Shown here one piece after another: positions 47,370 to 57,790 of a DNA stretch of 64,000 nt. The stretch spans positions 1 to 64,000 of IMG/VR virus record IMGVR_UViG_3300020577_005315; one strand, written 5' to 3'. The notes under the pieces are model-generated. The model saw only the letters and a list, made by a program, of their open reading frames with translations. It was not told where the DNA came from and ran no database searches. The position numbers and the translations under genes are program-made. Numbering within the stretch: position 1 is the first letter of the stretch; the number at the start of each line of letters is the position of its first letter. The DNA is from a virus (lineage: Duplodnaviria > Caudoviricetes).

Positions 47370-48875
47370 ATGACGGCAACTGCCCAGGAGACGGACAAGG
47401 CGATGAGCGACGAGCACAAGGGTAAGCACAAGAAGTGCAAAGGCAAGGAGGAAGAGCGTCGGCCGGCGTCCGACTTCAACCAATCGGAGCTGGACGACAA
47501 GCTCGAGATGGCGCGGATGTTCATCCAGATGCTCTGGCCGTACCTGTACAGCGGCGTCGCCAAGATGTCCCCGCGGTGGTGCACCCACCCGCACCTGCGG
47601 ACGATGGCCGTCGACAAGTACTGGCGGCTGTACCTCGACCGCGAGCACGTCAACAACATCAGCCACTCCGAGCTGGCGCTGATGCTCGTCGGGCACGAGC
47701 TGATGCACCTGATGTACGCCCACAACGACCGCCTGATGGAGCACCAGGACTCGTTCCTGATGAGCCCCACCGGCGACCTGGTGTCGTTCAACAACTTCGT
47801 CGGGGACATGGCCATCAACTGCAGTCTGCAGGCGGTCCTCGACGCGGGCATGAAGTACTACCAGCAGACGTCCGGGCGCGGCATCCAGAGCGGCAAGGTC
47901 ACGGTCCCGACCGACATCCTCCTGCCGACCAACTTCAAGGACAAGGCTGGCAACCCGTTCCCGGACGGACTGCTCCTCGAAGACTACGCCCAGCTGCTCA
48001 TCGACAACGCCCGGGAACCCGAGGACGGGGGTGATGATAAGGGTGAGAAGAAGGGCGGTTGGACGCTCTTCACCCGCAACGGTAAGGGTAAGGGAATCTC
48101 GGGGCCGGGCAAGGGCTGTGACTGCGGCTCCGGCGCGGACGGCAACGACCGCGAGTGGGAGGACAAGGACAAGCCCGACCCACGTAACCCGAAGACCGGC
48201 CTGTCGAAGGAGCGGCAGGACATCGAGCGGCAGTCACTGGCGGAGAGCATCAAGAACCACGAGGCCAAGCACCCTGGCACCACTCCGGGCGGCATGGTGC
48301 TCTGGGCCGACGTCCACCTTCGGCCGGTCAAGGAGCACTGGTCCAAAATCCTGTCGCGGGTGCTCCGCTCCGGCCTCGGTACGCTCCGCGGCGACTACGA
48401 GGTCTCGTACGCCGTCCCCAACCGGCGGTCGATCGCCACGCGATCGCAGATCATCCTGCCCGGTCGGCTGACGCCGAAGCCGAACTTCGCCCTGCTGCTC
48501 GACACGTCGGGCAGCATGGGGGAGTCCGACTACTCCAGCGCGTTCAGCCACATCCAGGCGATCCTGAAGCAGTGCGACGTCAAGAAGGTGCCGTTCCTGG
48601 CGTGCGACACGGAGGTCGCCGAGGTCCGCTACATCTCGTCCCTCAAGGACGTGAAGTTGGTCGGCGGCGGCGGCACCGACATGCGGGTGGGGATCGAGAA
48701 GGCGCACGACGTGTTCCCCCACAACCGCAAGAGCCTGGTCATCTGCCTGACCGACGGGTATACTCCGTGGCCGAGTGAGAAGCCGGCGAACATGGAGGTG
48801 GTCGTCGTCCTCACCCAGAAGACGGACGCCCAGGTGCCGAGCTTCTGCCGCGTCGTCCGCGCTTACGACGACTGA
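47370..48875 (+). CDS. Metallopeptidase-like (HExxH) plus VWA domain protein (DUF2201-like)
   Basis: 'TMAVD', 'HELMH', 'DMAIN', MIDAS 'DTSGSM', 'GGGGTD', 'LTDG'. Confidence 0.85.
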   Translation: MTATAQETDKAMSDEHKGKHKKCKGKEEERRPASDFNQSELDDKLEMARMFIQMLWPYLYSGVAKMSPRWCTHPHLRTMAVDKYWRLYLDREHVNNISHSELALMLVGHELMHLMYAHNDRLMEHQDSFLMSPTGDLVSFNNFVGDMAINCSLQAVLDAGMKYYQQTSGRGIQSGKVTVPTDILLPTNFKDKAGNPFPDGLLLEDYAQLLIDNAREPEDGGDDKGEKKGGWTLFTRNGKGKGISGPGKGCDCGSGADGNDREWEDKDKPDPRNPKTGLSKERQDIERQSLAESIKNHEAKHPGTTPGGMVLWADVHLRPVKEHWSKILSRVLRSGLGTLRGDYEVSYAVPNRRSIATRSQIILPGRLTPKPNFALLLDTSGSMGESDYSSAFSHIQAILKQCDVKKVPFLACDTEVAEVRYISSLKDVKLVGGGGTDMRVGIEKAHDVFPHNRKSLVICLTDGYTPWPSEKPANMEVVVVLTQKTDAQVPSFCRVVRAYDD

Positions 48876-48882
48876 GGCCGAC

Positions 48883-49152
48883 ATGACCCTGACCCTCGAC
48901 GCGGACTCGTTGGCCACCCTGGCGGGCAACCAGGCTCTGGTCAACGAGTTCCCCTTTCTCCGCCAGCTCAACAACAAGCCCCAGCCCGGGTGTTGCGGCA
49001 AACCGGGCGCTTCCGTTGACTACAGGTCGGTCGTCAACGGAATCATGAACCTGCCGCCTGACCGTAAGATTGTGTTCAAGCAACTGACGGGGGCGTCGAC
49101 CGTGTCTGCGCGAGTGGTTCGTGCAGCTCAGGTCGTCGTCCTCGAATTTTAG
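48883..49152 (+). CDS. Hypothetical protein
   Basis: GAGG SD and ATG; 'GCCGK'. Confidence 0.5.
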   Translation: MTLTLDADSLATLAGNQALVNEFPFLRQLNNKPQPGCCGKPGASVDYRSVVNGIMNLPPDRKIVFKQLTGASTVSARVVRAAQVVVLEF

Positions 49153-49161
49153 GGATGAGCA

Positions 49162-49545
49162 ATGTCCGAGACGACCGCAACCAAGCCCTACGCCTTCGAC
49201 GTCCGTCGGTGCCTCGCCCCGGGGGCTGACCGCGACAACACGAACGCCGCGTGGATCGCCGTCTGCGCCATTAACCGGGACGACCTGGCCGACAACATGG
49301 ACGTGCTGACCGACGCCGTCAACTTCGCGCGCCGGCGCTTCCGTATGGACTCCCACGCCGGGTACGACAAGGCTGTCGGGCCCACGCCGGACGACGGTCA
49401 CGTGAAGGCTCCACTCATCCAGGACACGTTCGCCGCCGGCCCGACGACGGCTGCCGAGTACCTGCAGTCCGCCGCCGAGCAGAACGTGGCCAGCCGGGCC
49501 GGCGTCATGAAGGGGTACATCCTGTATGTCCGAGTCACCACCTAA
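49162..49545 (+). CDS. Hypothetical protein
   Basis: ORF with phage-like codon bias. Confidence 0.5.
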   Translation: MSETTATKPYAFDVRRCLAPGADRDNTNAAWIAVCAINRDDLADNMDVLTDAVNFARRRFRMDSHAGYDKAVGPTPDDGHVKAPLIQDTFAAGPTTAAEYLQSAAEQNVASRAGVMKGYILYVRVTT

Positions 49546-50038
49546 CCTGACGGTCGATCAAGTTTACAACGGGTGGACGAGCGACCCCGACTCGATCCAC
49601 CCGTCCTACCGTAACAAGGCGTTCCGTAAGCGTACAGTCGCCGCCTGCGGCGGGGACGCCAAGGTCGCCGCCAACCCGCTACGCCTGTGGACGCCGCTGG
49701 TGGCGACCAGGATGATCCCGGAGCACTGCTTCGAGTCCGTCTACGAGTGGCTCGAGACGCTGCCGGACACGGTGTGGGACGAACTACTACAGTACGTCGA
49801 ACGCGGTGCAGCTTGCACTTTGATCGTGTTCGGCGGCCGTTATCTGACCCTGTCCCTGGTCGGGTCCGTGTTCGACGTGGAGACGTGTGGGCTGAGTCAC
49901 AGTTTACCTACCGACTGGTGGGAAGCTAAGATGATCAACCTGACGACGTTGTACCACGCCAGCAAGGACAGGGCCGGAAAATGGACGCAGCCGCCGGATC
50001 AATCTGGGCCGACCCCGACACCCCGGCCGCGTGCCTGA
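49526..50038 (+). CDS. Hypothetical protein
   Basis: Overlapping ORF with phage-like codon bias. Confidence 0.5.
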   Translation: MSESPPNLTVDQVYNGWTSDPDSIHPSYRNKAFRKRTVAACGGDAKVAANPLRLWTPLVATRMIPEHCFESVYEWLETLPDTVWDELLQYVERGAACTLIVFGGRYLTLSLVGSVFDVETCGLSHSLPTDWWEAKMINLTTLYHASKDRAGKWTQPPDQSGPTPTPRPRA

Positions 50039-50655
50039 TCTACCTGGTAGCCGACCGGTACGGGGTGGAGGGCTTACACTGGCTCCCTACGACGGTGTTC
50101 GAACACGTCGAGATGGACACCAAGGTTAAGCCTAACCCTCGTGCCAAGGACAAGTACGGGGCGGCCCTCGTCCGCCTCCTCAACCCCGACGAGTTCTTCT
50201 CTTCGGCCGCCGGGTTCCGGACGATCTGTCAGGGCCTGGCGGCCGACTGGTTTGACACCCACATCGAGCAGCCGCTCACGCCTGAAGAGATCGGTCTGGG
50301 GATCCTGGAAGCGTGGATGATCGCCGCCCCTGACCCCAAAGTCGGCGAGGATTTCTCCGTCACCGTCACCCGGATGATCAACTGGGTGTTCCGGAACGCC
50401 GGTTACAACCGTCTTCCCACCTCGATCCAGGCGTTCGGCGTCAAGCACGACCCCGGCGTCAACTGGGGGGCCGACCTGTCCGAAGACCCGGACTTGATCA
50501 TGGACGCTCAGGCGGGGGCGGAGCGAAGCGAAGAGGACTTCAACAACTTCATGCGCGACAAGGTGACGGAGATGGCCGACTACCTCGACCGTCTCCCGCT
50601 ACGGAAGACCAATGCCAAGGACATTGCAGAGGAACTGCGTAGAAGCGTGAGGTAG
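49981..50655 (+). CDS. Hypothetical protein
   Basis: ORF with phage-like codon bias. Confidence 0.55.
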   Translation: MDAAAGSIWADPDTPAACLIYLVADRYGVEGLHWLPTTVFEHVEMDTKVKPNPRAKDKYGAALVRLLNPDEFFSSAAGFRTICQGLAADWFDTHIEQPLTPEEIGLGILEAWMIAAPDPKVGEDFSVTVTRMINWVFRNAGYNRLPTSIQAFGVKHDPGVNWGADLSEDPDLIMDAQAGAERSEEDFNNFMRDKVTEMADYLDRLPLRKTNAKDIAEELRRSVR

Positions 50656-50656
50656 C

Positions 50657-51730
50657 ATGTCAGCGTTCAAGGACTATCTACGCCGACTCTACACGACCGA
50701 CCCGACTAACTTGGCCAAGTACGCGTCCGCCAACATCGTTTACCTCCGGGTCGCCCGGCGGATGTGGCGGGGCGTAAAGCGCATCTCGTCCGCCAAGGTG
50801 ACGGCGGACGACTACGCGGTGGACGACGAGAGCGTTACCAACCCGAGCTGGAAGCTCTGCCCGCGTGAGATGCGGAAGGAGTTCCAGGCGCTGTCGGATC
50901 AGACCGACATCACCGTCGAGCGGTTTTGCTACGGCAGTCAACTCACCACGGGCCCGGATCAGGAGGAGGGCGTGAGCGCCCTATCGATCCTGACCGGCGG
51001 CGGTAGGTACGCGGTGGACGTCGGCTACTGGCCGATGCTCCAAATGCGCCTGGCCTTCATCGAGGAGCAGTGGAACGCCGCCGCCGACCTGTGGTGTTCG
51101 GAGGAGGGCTACAAGCGGATCCACTTCCTACTCGAGGAGGAGCGGGGTAAGAACACGTACGAGAAGATCAAGGAGCACATCCCTGACCGTCACACGCTTA
51201 GGACGAAGTTCTCGTACTCCGTCCGCCGCGCCCCCGTCGTGTTCATCGAAGACCGAAACGTCCCCCAAGACGTCGAAGACGGTCGTCGAGACGAGCTGGT
51301 GGAGCTGATCGACACGGCCGTCCGTCAACCCCGCGAACAGCTTGCCCAGGCCGTACAGGACGTCTGCGACCGCCTCGTCGTGTTCGACGGTGTGCGGCTC
51401 CATGCCCTACAGGCGACACGCGTAACCAGGAACGGTAAGACTACGGAGTCACCCCGCTCTGTCCGCGGCACTACGCTCACCAACCTCAAAGAACAGCTCA
51501 ACAACACACAGAAAATCGAACGGTACATTAACTCAGAGTTTCGTTACAAAATCCAACTGTTAAACCAGGAGCTTCCGGACGCCCCCGACGCCGCGTCGGA
51601 GGTCGCGAAGAAGTTGAACTATGACGACGCAGAGGCCGTGAGGCTCGGTGGGATTATGCGGGACTTGGTCGCCGCTGCCCGGGACGAGTCTGGGATGTGT
51701 GCCGGATTCTCCGCCGCCGTCGCGCGGTAG
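50657..51730 (+). CDS. Hypothetical protein, possibly DUF3150-like
   Basis: 357 aa helical; the N-terminal pattern and proximity to AAA+/VWA genes are suggestive only. Confidence 0.45.
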   Translation: MSAFKDYLRRLYTTDPTNLAKYASANIVYLRVARRMWRGVKRISSAKVTADDYAVDDESVTNPSWKLCPREMRKEFQALSDQTDITVERFCYGSQLTTGPDQEEGVSALSILTGGGRYAVDVGYWPMLQMRLAFIEEQWNAAADLWCSEEGYKRIHFLLEEERGKNTYEKIKEHIPDRHTLRTKFSYSVRRAPVVFIEDRNVPQDVEDGRRDELVELIDTAVRQPREQLAQAVQDVCDRLVVFDGVRLHALQATRVTRNGKTTESPRSVRGTTLTNLKEQLNNTQKIERYINSEFRYKIQLLNQELPDAPDAASEVAKKLNYDDAEAVRLGGIMRDLVAAARDESGMCAGFSAAVAR

Positions 51731-51757
51731 GAGACCCGACGTAAGTTTGGAGTCGAC

Positions 51758-52568
<811 letters not shown>

Positions 52569-52570
52569 CA

Positions 52571-52604
52571 AGAAACCCCGCCAACTCGGCGGGGTTTTCT
52601 TTTT
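52571..52604. terminator. Bidirectional terminator between convergent genes
   Basis: AAACCCCGCC-AACTC-GGCGGGGTTT followed by TCTTTTT. Confidence 0.85.
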
Positions 52605-54123
52605 AGCTGTTGGCGACCTCTTCCCAGTTCACAGGCGGCCTGGGTGCGTACCCGGCGGGCACTACGCCCCTGGACTGCAGGAGTCGCTCCACCGTCGCTC
52701 CGTACTTCTCGCTCTGCAACATCTCGGCCTTCTTCTCTCGGCTCACGATCGGGCCGCAGTCAAGCAGGTCCGAGCACAGGTCGTCCGGAAGGTCGTCCAG
52801 GCTGTCGCGGGTGTACCAGTTGCCGCTCTCGGCCTGAATCACGCCGGCGAGCTTGGCACGTGCAGTAGACGGCGTATCACCGATGATCCCGTCGGCCGGG
52901 TCGCCGTACATCTTCATGCCGTACTTGGCGTCTAGCTGCTTGAGCAGGTCGGCCAGTTCAGCGACCGACTTGAACGACCCGACCGTCTCGACATGACCGG
53001 AGTCGGATGCCAGCTTCACAGCCTGCTGTGCCTCCTCTTCCTTCTTCTTCTGGTTTTGGTGCTGGTTGTAGAGGTGGGCAGCGCCTGCGCCAAGCCCGAA
53101 GGCACCTAATCCGACCGCACCGGGGATTGCGTATTGCGACCAGTCGGGGCCGGTTGCCGTCGGTACAGGCGGCGGTACAGGCGGCGGTACGGGCTCAGGG
53201 TTCGGAAGTACCGAGCTTGCAGCCGCAGGGTTGATAGGTTTAGGTCTTGGCATTGCAGCCATCATACGCTCGAGCCAACCACTGCCGTCGTACCCCCCAC
53301 CTACACCTTTATGTACGCCGGGCTGGTTGGCGTCGACCCACTCTTGGTGTATACCAGGTGGACCGAGTTTGTCGAGCACGTTGATCTCCTTGGGCGCAAC
53401 AGAATCAGCGCCGGCCCCGAACTCTAGGCCCTTAGGTAGCCCCACCCAATCCTCAGCCCGCTTGATCTCAGCCTTCAGCCCAGTCAGGATCTGTTCGACC
53501 TCCTTCAGCCCACGTTCCTGCGCGTACTTGACGCGCATGTCGAACTCGAGCTCCCACTGCGGGTGCAACATCGCTTGGCCGGCTTCAGCCTCAAGTCGGT
53601 GTAGGGCGTCCGGCGAGACGGCCCCGGGATGACGTTCGGCGGCCTTGACCAGGTTGTCGGCAAACGTCATCCGCTCATCCGGGTCGAAGTCGCTGGCGTA
53701 CTTACGGAAGTACTCCGCGGCGATCTTGGTCTGGTACTCGGAGTCGAGCGGGTACTTCTGAGCCTCGGGCAGTCCCCAGTGCTGGACGCCGGCAACGGTC
53801 TCAGCGGCGGGCCGGGCCTTGGAAAGCCGATCCCACTCGCCACCAATGCCGTGGTACTCGCACGCCTTTTTGATATAATCGCCCGTAGTTTTGCACTCCG
53901 ATCGACCGGCGTGGTACGCTGCCGCCGACACCCAAGCAGCGGTCTTGTTGTGAACCGGGTAGGTGCGGGTTGAGTCGGCGAAGTTCACGGCGATGTTCGG
54001 GACGTCGACGACCTCTTCCAGGTTGCCTTCCAACACGTCGTCCGGCGCGGCGTACTTCTGGAGCAAGGAGAGCACCTTCGCGCCGGTACTGTCGGTCAGG
54101 GGCCCAGGGGCAAGGAAATTCAT
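52603..54123 (-). CDS. Hypothetical protein, K-x-A-rich (possible internal head protein)
   Basis: GGAG SD on the minus strand; repeated 'YP[VL]' units; many KxA motifs; Pro-rich and hydrophobic insert. Confidence 0.6.
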   Translation of the reverse strand: MNFLAPGPLTDSTGAKVLSLLQKYAAPDDVLEGNLEEVVDVPNIAVNFADSTRTYPVHNKTAAWVSAAAYHAGRSECKTTGDYIKKACEYHGIGGEWDRLSKARPAAETVAGVQHWGLPEAQKYPLDSEYQTKIAAEYFRKYASDFDPDERMTFADNLVKAAERHPGAVSPDALHRLEAEAGQAMLHPQWELEFDMRVKYAQERGLKEVEQILTGLKAEIKRAEDWVGLPKGLEFGAGADSVAPKEINVLDKLGPPGIHQEWVDANQPGVHKGVGGGYDGSGWLERMMAAMPRPKPINPAAASSVLPNPEPVPPPVPPPVPTATGPDWSQYAIPGAVGLGAFGLGAGAAHLYNQHQNQKKKEEEAQQAVKLASDSGHVETVGSFKSVAELADLLKQLDAKYGMKMYGDPADGIIGDTPSTARAKLAGVIQAESGNWYTRDSLDDLPDDLCSDLLDCGPIVSREKKAEMLQSEKYGATVERLLQSRGVVPAGYAPRPPVNWEEVANS

Positions 54124-54157
54124 GATCAGTCTCCGTTCCAGGTGGCCGTCGGCCGCG

Positions 54158-55696
54158 ATGAGCTGCTTCGACTATTTTAGCAAAATCGAGGGCGTAGAGG
54201 AGGGGACGCCGTCGATCTTACCGTGTCACAGTTGTAGGTCGAAGTCTGCCGTCGCCGTCGTGCTCCAGGACGATGTCGGGTATTGGGTACGGTGCACCGC
54301 GTGTCAGTGGGAGGGGGACCTGTTCCAACACGCCTCGAACTTCGTTCGGTCGCAGCAGTCTCAATCCGACGAGCCGCTGTCGACCGACGAGTGTATCAAA
54401 CACTTACGGTCGTTGGGAGTTAAATTCCGACGGGGGTGTACGGCTAAACGTGTGACTCAAAGCTATCTGAGGCACGTTAAGGCGCGACAGGCGTTCCTGA
54501 ACCTACAGGCCGCCATGAAGAAGCGGGCGGTGTCCAAGATCAATACCCCGGCCGTCGCGTACTACAACCTACAACTCAACCCGCACGTCGCTGATATGTG
54601 GTGGTGTGCCAGTCCGGCTGAGGTCAACTCCTACCTGTTCAGACACACCGACAACGAAACGCACTTTGCACGGACAGCCGGCTGCATCACCGGCGAGGAC
54701 CGTCAGATTCCGACGGTCGTCGCACCCTACTTTGACGCCATCGACAGACTGGTGGCTGTGGCCCTACCAGCGTGGAATCAGTTTAACAGTTGGGTCACAC
54801 GTTGCCTGCCTGCGGGCGGCAGCGGCGTCGCGTTCCGCAGGGCCGCTGGGTTCAAGTGTGCAGCGTGGGGAGATGAGGGGAAGATCTGCACTGAGCCAGC
54901 CGTCCCGCTGTTGATGCAGGCGCACAACGCGAGCAGCAACATCTCCCTCCTGCCGATGGTCGCCGTCATCGATCCGAGCACGCCGAGGGAGGTGGCGTCG
55001 ATCAAGAAGAATCTACCCAGAAAGAACTGGACCATCCTCCACACGCCGGAAGCCCCGGTGTCGACGTACTACTTCGCCCGCACCCTGAACGTCGATCTCG
55101 AGCGTGTCGAACCGGTAGATCTACGTAACCGCAGGTTCAATCGAGTTATTCGTCGGACGTGGGTGGAATCGATGGCGGAGAGAACGCTACAGCACCTCAG
55201 GTCGGGGTCGACCCAGAAGGAGGTGTTAATCAAGTCGTCCCCGTTCGGCCAGTGGACCGACGACGTCATCGAACGTGTCGGTAAGTACTTGCCGAAGATG
55301 GAGTACGACGACCTCAAGCTGTTGCTGGCGAAAACGGTGCACCACAGGCGGGCCCGCGTATCGCCCGAGGTGACTATCGTTGAGACGCCGGCCGGATGGC
55401 TGTGGGACGAGCAGCAGCAGATCGTCGCCACCACGTACCCGGTGAACGTTCAGGCTTATACTCGAGGACGCAAGGTCAGGCACAAAGGCGAGGTGTGCGT
55501 GACGCACAACGGGAAGATCGTGGCGTTGGTTCCGTTCGACTCAGGTCGGTTCCGTAAAGACCCCGTAGCGGTTATGGAGACGGCTGTGATGAGGAAGTCC
55601 CTGGAAGACGGCCGTCTGTCCAGGGACTACTGCAAAGAACCGGAACCGATCATCGCCAACCACGTCGCGCGGATCGCGATGTTCTTTAGCCGTTAA
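54158..55696 (+). CDS. Protein with N-terminal Zn-finger (primase zinc-binding-like)
   Basis: 'CHSC..WVRCTACQWEGD'; start uncertain. Confidence 0.5.
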   Translation: MSCFDYFSKIEGVEEGTPSILPCHSCRSKSAVAVVLQDDVGYWVRCTACQWEGDLFQHASNFVRSQQSQSDEPLSTDECIKHLRSLGVKFRRGCTAKRVTQSYLRHVKARQAFLNLQAAMKKRAVSKINTPAVAYYNLQLNPHVADMWWCASPAEVNSYLFRHTDNETHFARTAGCITGEDRQIPTVVAPYFDAIDRLVAVALPAWNQFNSWVTRCLPAGGSGVAFRRAAGFKCAAWGDEGKICTEPAVPLLMQAHNASSNISLLPMVAVIDPSTPREVASIKKNLPRKNWTILHTPEAPVSTYYFARTLNVDLERVEPVDLRNRRFNRVIRRTWVESMAERTLQHLRSGSTQKEVLIKSSPFGQWTDDVIERVGKYLPKMEYDDLKLLLAKTVHHRRARVSPEVTIVETPAGWLWDEQQQIVATTYPVNVQAYTRGRKVRHKGEVCVTHNGKIVALVPFDSGRFRKDPVAVMETAVMRKSLEDGRLSRDYCKEPEPIIANHVARIAMFFSR

Positions 55697-57396
55697 TACC
55701 TAGGGTCGGGCGGCGTCGGAGCGTTGACCAGCGACGGCCACCGGCATGTGTATTCCCAGAGGCAGGCGGCGGCGTAGTTGACGGCAGCCGTGAAGTCATC
55801 GGACACGTGCTCGCTGCTGCGCCGGATGCGGAACGTACCGCCAGTGGGTGTGTCGACGCGGTCCTCGACGAGTGAGATGAAGTCCCACAGAAGGCCGGGT
55901 TGGTTGTCGTCCACGTAGTCGTACTGGAAGAACTTAACCTTGCCCTGTTTAATGGCCTCGCACAAGAACTGCAGCGTCTGAGCCTTGTGCATGACGTAGT
56001 AGGTACGCTGGCGGCTGGCGGTGCCGACGCGTTTCTCAACCATCCCGCCGCCGGTGACGCCCTGGTACGCCATAGGCACGATGCGCTCGGCCGGCCACCC
56101 CATGTACGTCAGGGCCGACTCGGACGCGGTGCCGATACCACCCTGGATGTCGTGGGCGATCAGGTGGGCCCCACACGTCTGGGCGATCTGCGCAATCTTC
56201 TTGGCCTCACCGACGCGGTCCGTCGACGGCTCAAACTGGAACCCGTAGAAGACTTCGGCCGACCCATCTGGGCCCAGACCAACGGCAGCGCCTTTGGTAC
56301 GGCTCACACCCTCGTCACCGCCGCCGCCCCAGTCGATCCCCAGGACGACCATCGAGTAACGTCGACCCCGGGACCGGGCCTCTTCGATCGTGTTGGGGCC
56401 CAACGTGGCGGCGCGTTTCAGGTCGTCGATGGACACCAACTTGTACGCGCTGTCCCACGCCTCACCCAAACACTCATTATAGAATTTGGCGGTCGTGTAC
56501 CCCTGTCGGCCGTCGCGGTACGACAGGAACAGCTTCCACTTCTGCGGTTGGGCGTAGTGGAACGGGAAGATAATCTGCGGGGCGTAGAACCCGAGGACGT
56601 CGCGCTTACGCTCCGGATAGCGGTGGACCCACCGGCCTAGACGCGGCCTAACAGGCTTCTGACACCGGTGACATACCGTCCCGGGCTCGAACTCCGAGAT
56701 GTCGTCCCGATACTCACCTATCATGGAGATCAAGTGGCCTTCGGGCTCCAGGCAGCAGATGTTGTCGAATCCGCAGTGGTGGCACTTGACCTGCCAGACG
56801 CCCTGACTGGACGTGAGCCAGGTTCGTTCCAAGTACGTGTCCAACGTCTTGCTGGTGCCGCTGACCCACGTGCTCGGCGTCTTGCACGCACTCATGGTCT
56901 GACTGAGCACGGGTAAGTGTGCGGAGTCCATGTCCTGCGCCTCGTCGACGAACAGGACGTGGGCCGTCTTGGACCGTGTGCGCTCGGTGTCAGCCAGGGC
57001 GTACGTGAAGAACACCATAGACCCGTTGGCGAAGCTGCGCCTGCGGACGTTGCCGACGGTGTTCGTCTCGCACAGCATCGACCGGATCGGGCTGTCCTCG
57101 ATCATCGGTTTGAAGATGGTGGACGACAGGGTGTCGCTCTGTTCCTGGCGCGGGACGACGACGAGGACCTTGCGGCCCTCGATCATGGCGCACTCGAGAA
57201 TCAGTCGGCCGATGATGGACCGCGTCTTCCCGATCTGTCGGCTACTGCGGTGGACCACAAGCGGCGATATGGACGTCGAGAACACCTCGTCAAACGGGAA
57301 GTGGTCGTCCAGCCGCATGGGGGCGCGGTCGATGGTCAAGAGCTGCGGGAGGTAGGGAACCAGGTTACGGACTTTTCCGCTCTCGTCGAGCTGCAC
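55693..57396 (-). CDS. terL: Terminase large subunit (GpA-like)
   Basis: Walker A 'SSRQIGKT', Walker B 'LFVDEAQD', 'SGT', Zn ribbon CHHC/CHRC, 'FYNECLG', nuclease 'GIDWG'. Confidence 0.9.
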   Translation of the reverse strand: MQLDESGKVRNLVPYLPQLLTIDRAPMRLDDHFPFDEVFSTSISPLVVHRSSRQIGKTRSIIGRLILECAMIEGRKVLVVVPRQEQSDTLSSTIFKPMIEDSPIRSMLCETNTVGNVRRRSFANGSMVFFTYALADTERTRSKTAHVLFVDEAQDMDSAHLPVLSQTMSACKTPSTWVSGTSKTLDTYLERTWLTSSQGVWQVKCHHCGFDNICCLEPEGHLISMIGEYRDDISEFEPGTVCHRCQKPVRPRLGRWVHRYPERKRDVLGFYAPQIIFPFHYAQPQKWKLFLSYRDGRQGYTTAKFYNECLGEAWDSAYKLVSIDDLKRAATLGPNTIEEARSRGRRYSMVVLGIDWGGGGDEGVSRTKGAAVGLGPDGSAEVFYGFQFEPSTDRVGEAKKIAQIAQTCGAHLIAHDIQGGIGTASESALTYMGWPAERIVPMAYQGVTGGGMVEKRVGTASRQRTYYVMHKAQTLQFLCEAIKQGKVKFFQYDYVDDNQPGLLWDFISLVEDRVDTPTGGTFRIRRSSEHVSDDFTAAVNYAAACLWEYTCRWPSLVNAPTPPDPRY

Positions 57397-57450
57397 GGGC
57401 TAAACTCTCATCGGGAAACCGTCAATATTACGACGGTGGCATAACAGTTT

Positions 57451-57678
57451 GTGTTCAGTGTAAGTGGTGTGTTGCAGATGTACTATGGCAGAATGATCAT
57501 CGGCCAGCCCGACGATCAAGTGTTTCACCAGTGCACTACCACGCAAGTTCAAGCGGTTACAGCTTGTCTCGCCCTAGTTGGCCTTCTGTCTTACCTGGAC
57601 GACGGCACCAGGGGCGGACTGATCGGGGCTCTCGTCTTCTTCCTGTTCTTCGTCTACCACTCCAGGGACAAGTCTTGA
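57451..57678 (+). CDS. Small membrane protein
   Basis: Two hydrophobic segments; start uncertain. Confidence 0.35.
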   Translation: MFSVSGVLQMYYGRMIIGQPDDQVFHQCTTTQVQAVTACLALVGLLSYLDDGTRGGLIGALVFFLFFVYHSRDKS

Positions 57679-57790
57679 GGCGTTGACTCGGTGCGCTCAC
57701 GCAACTAGAGTCACCCCTCCTACCTGAAGTCGGCTGGGAGTCGTTCCCGGCCTCGGTACAACGTCGGAACAAGAGTCGGTATAAGTCAAG

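Noticed and set aside
57417-57447. Third copy of the bipartite promoter (GGCATAACAG)
   Set aside because: Only a partial match to the downstream box, and no CTAAATA at the 14-nt spacing.
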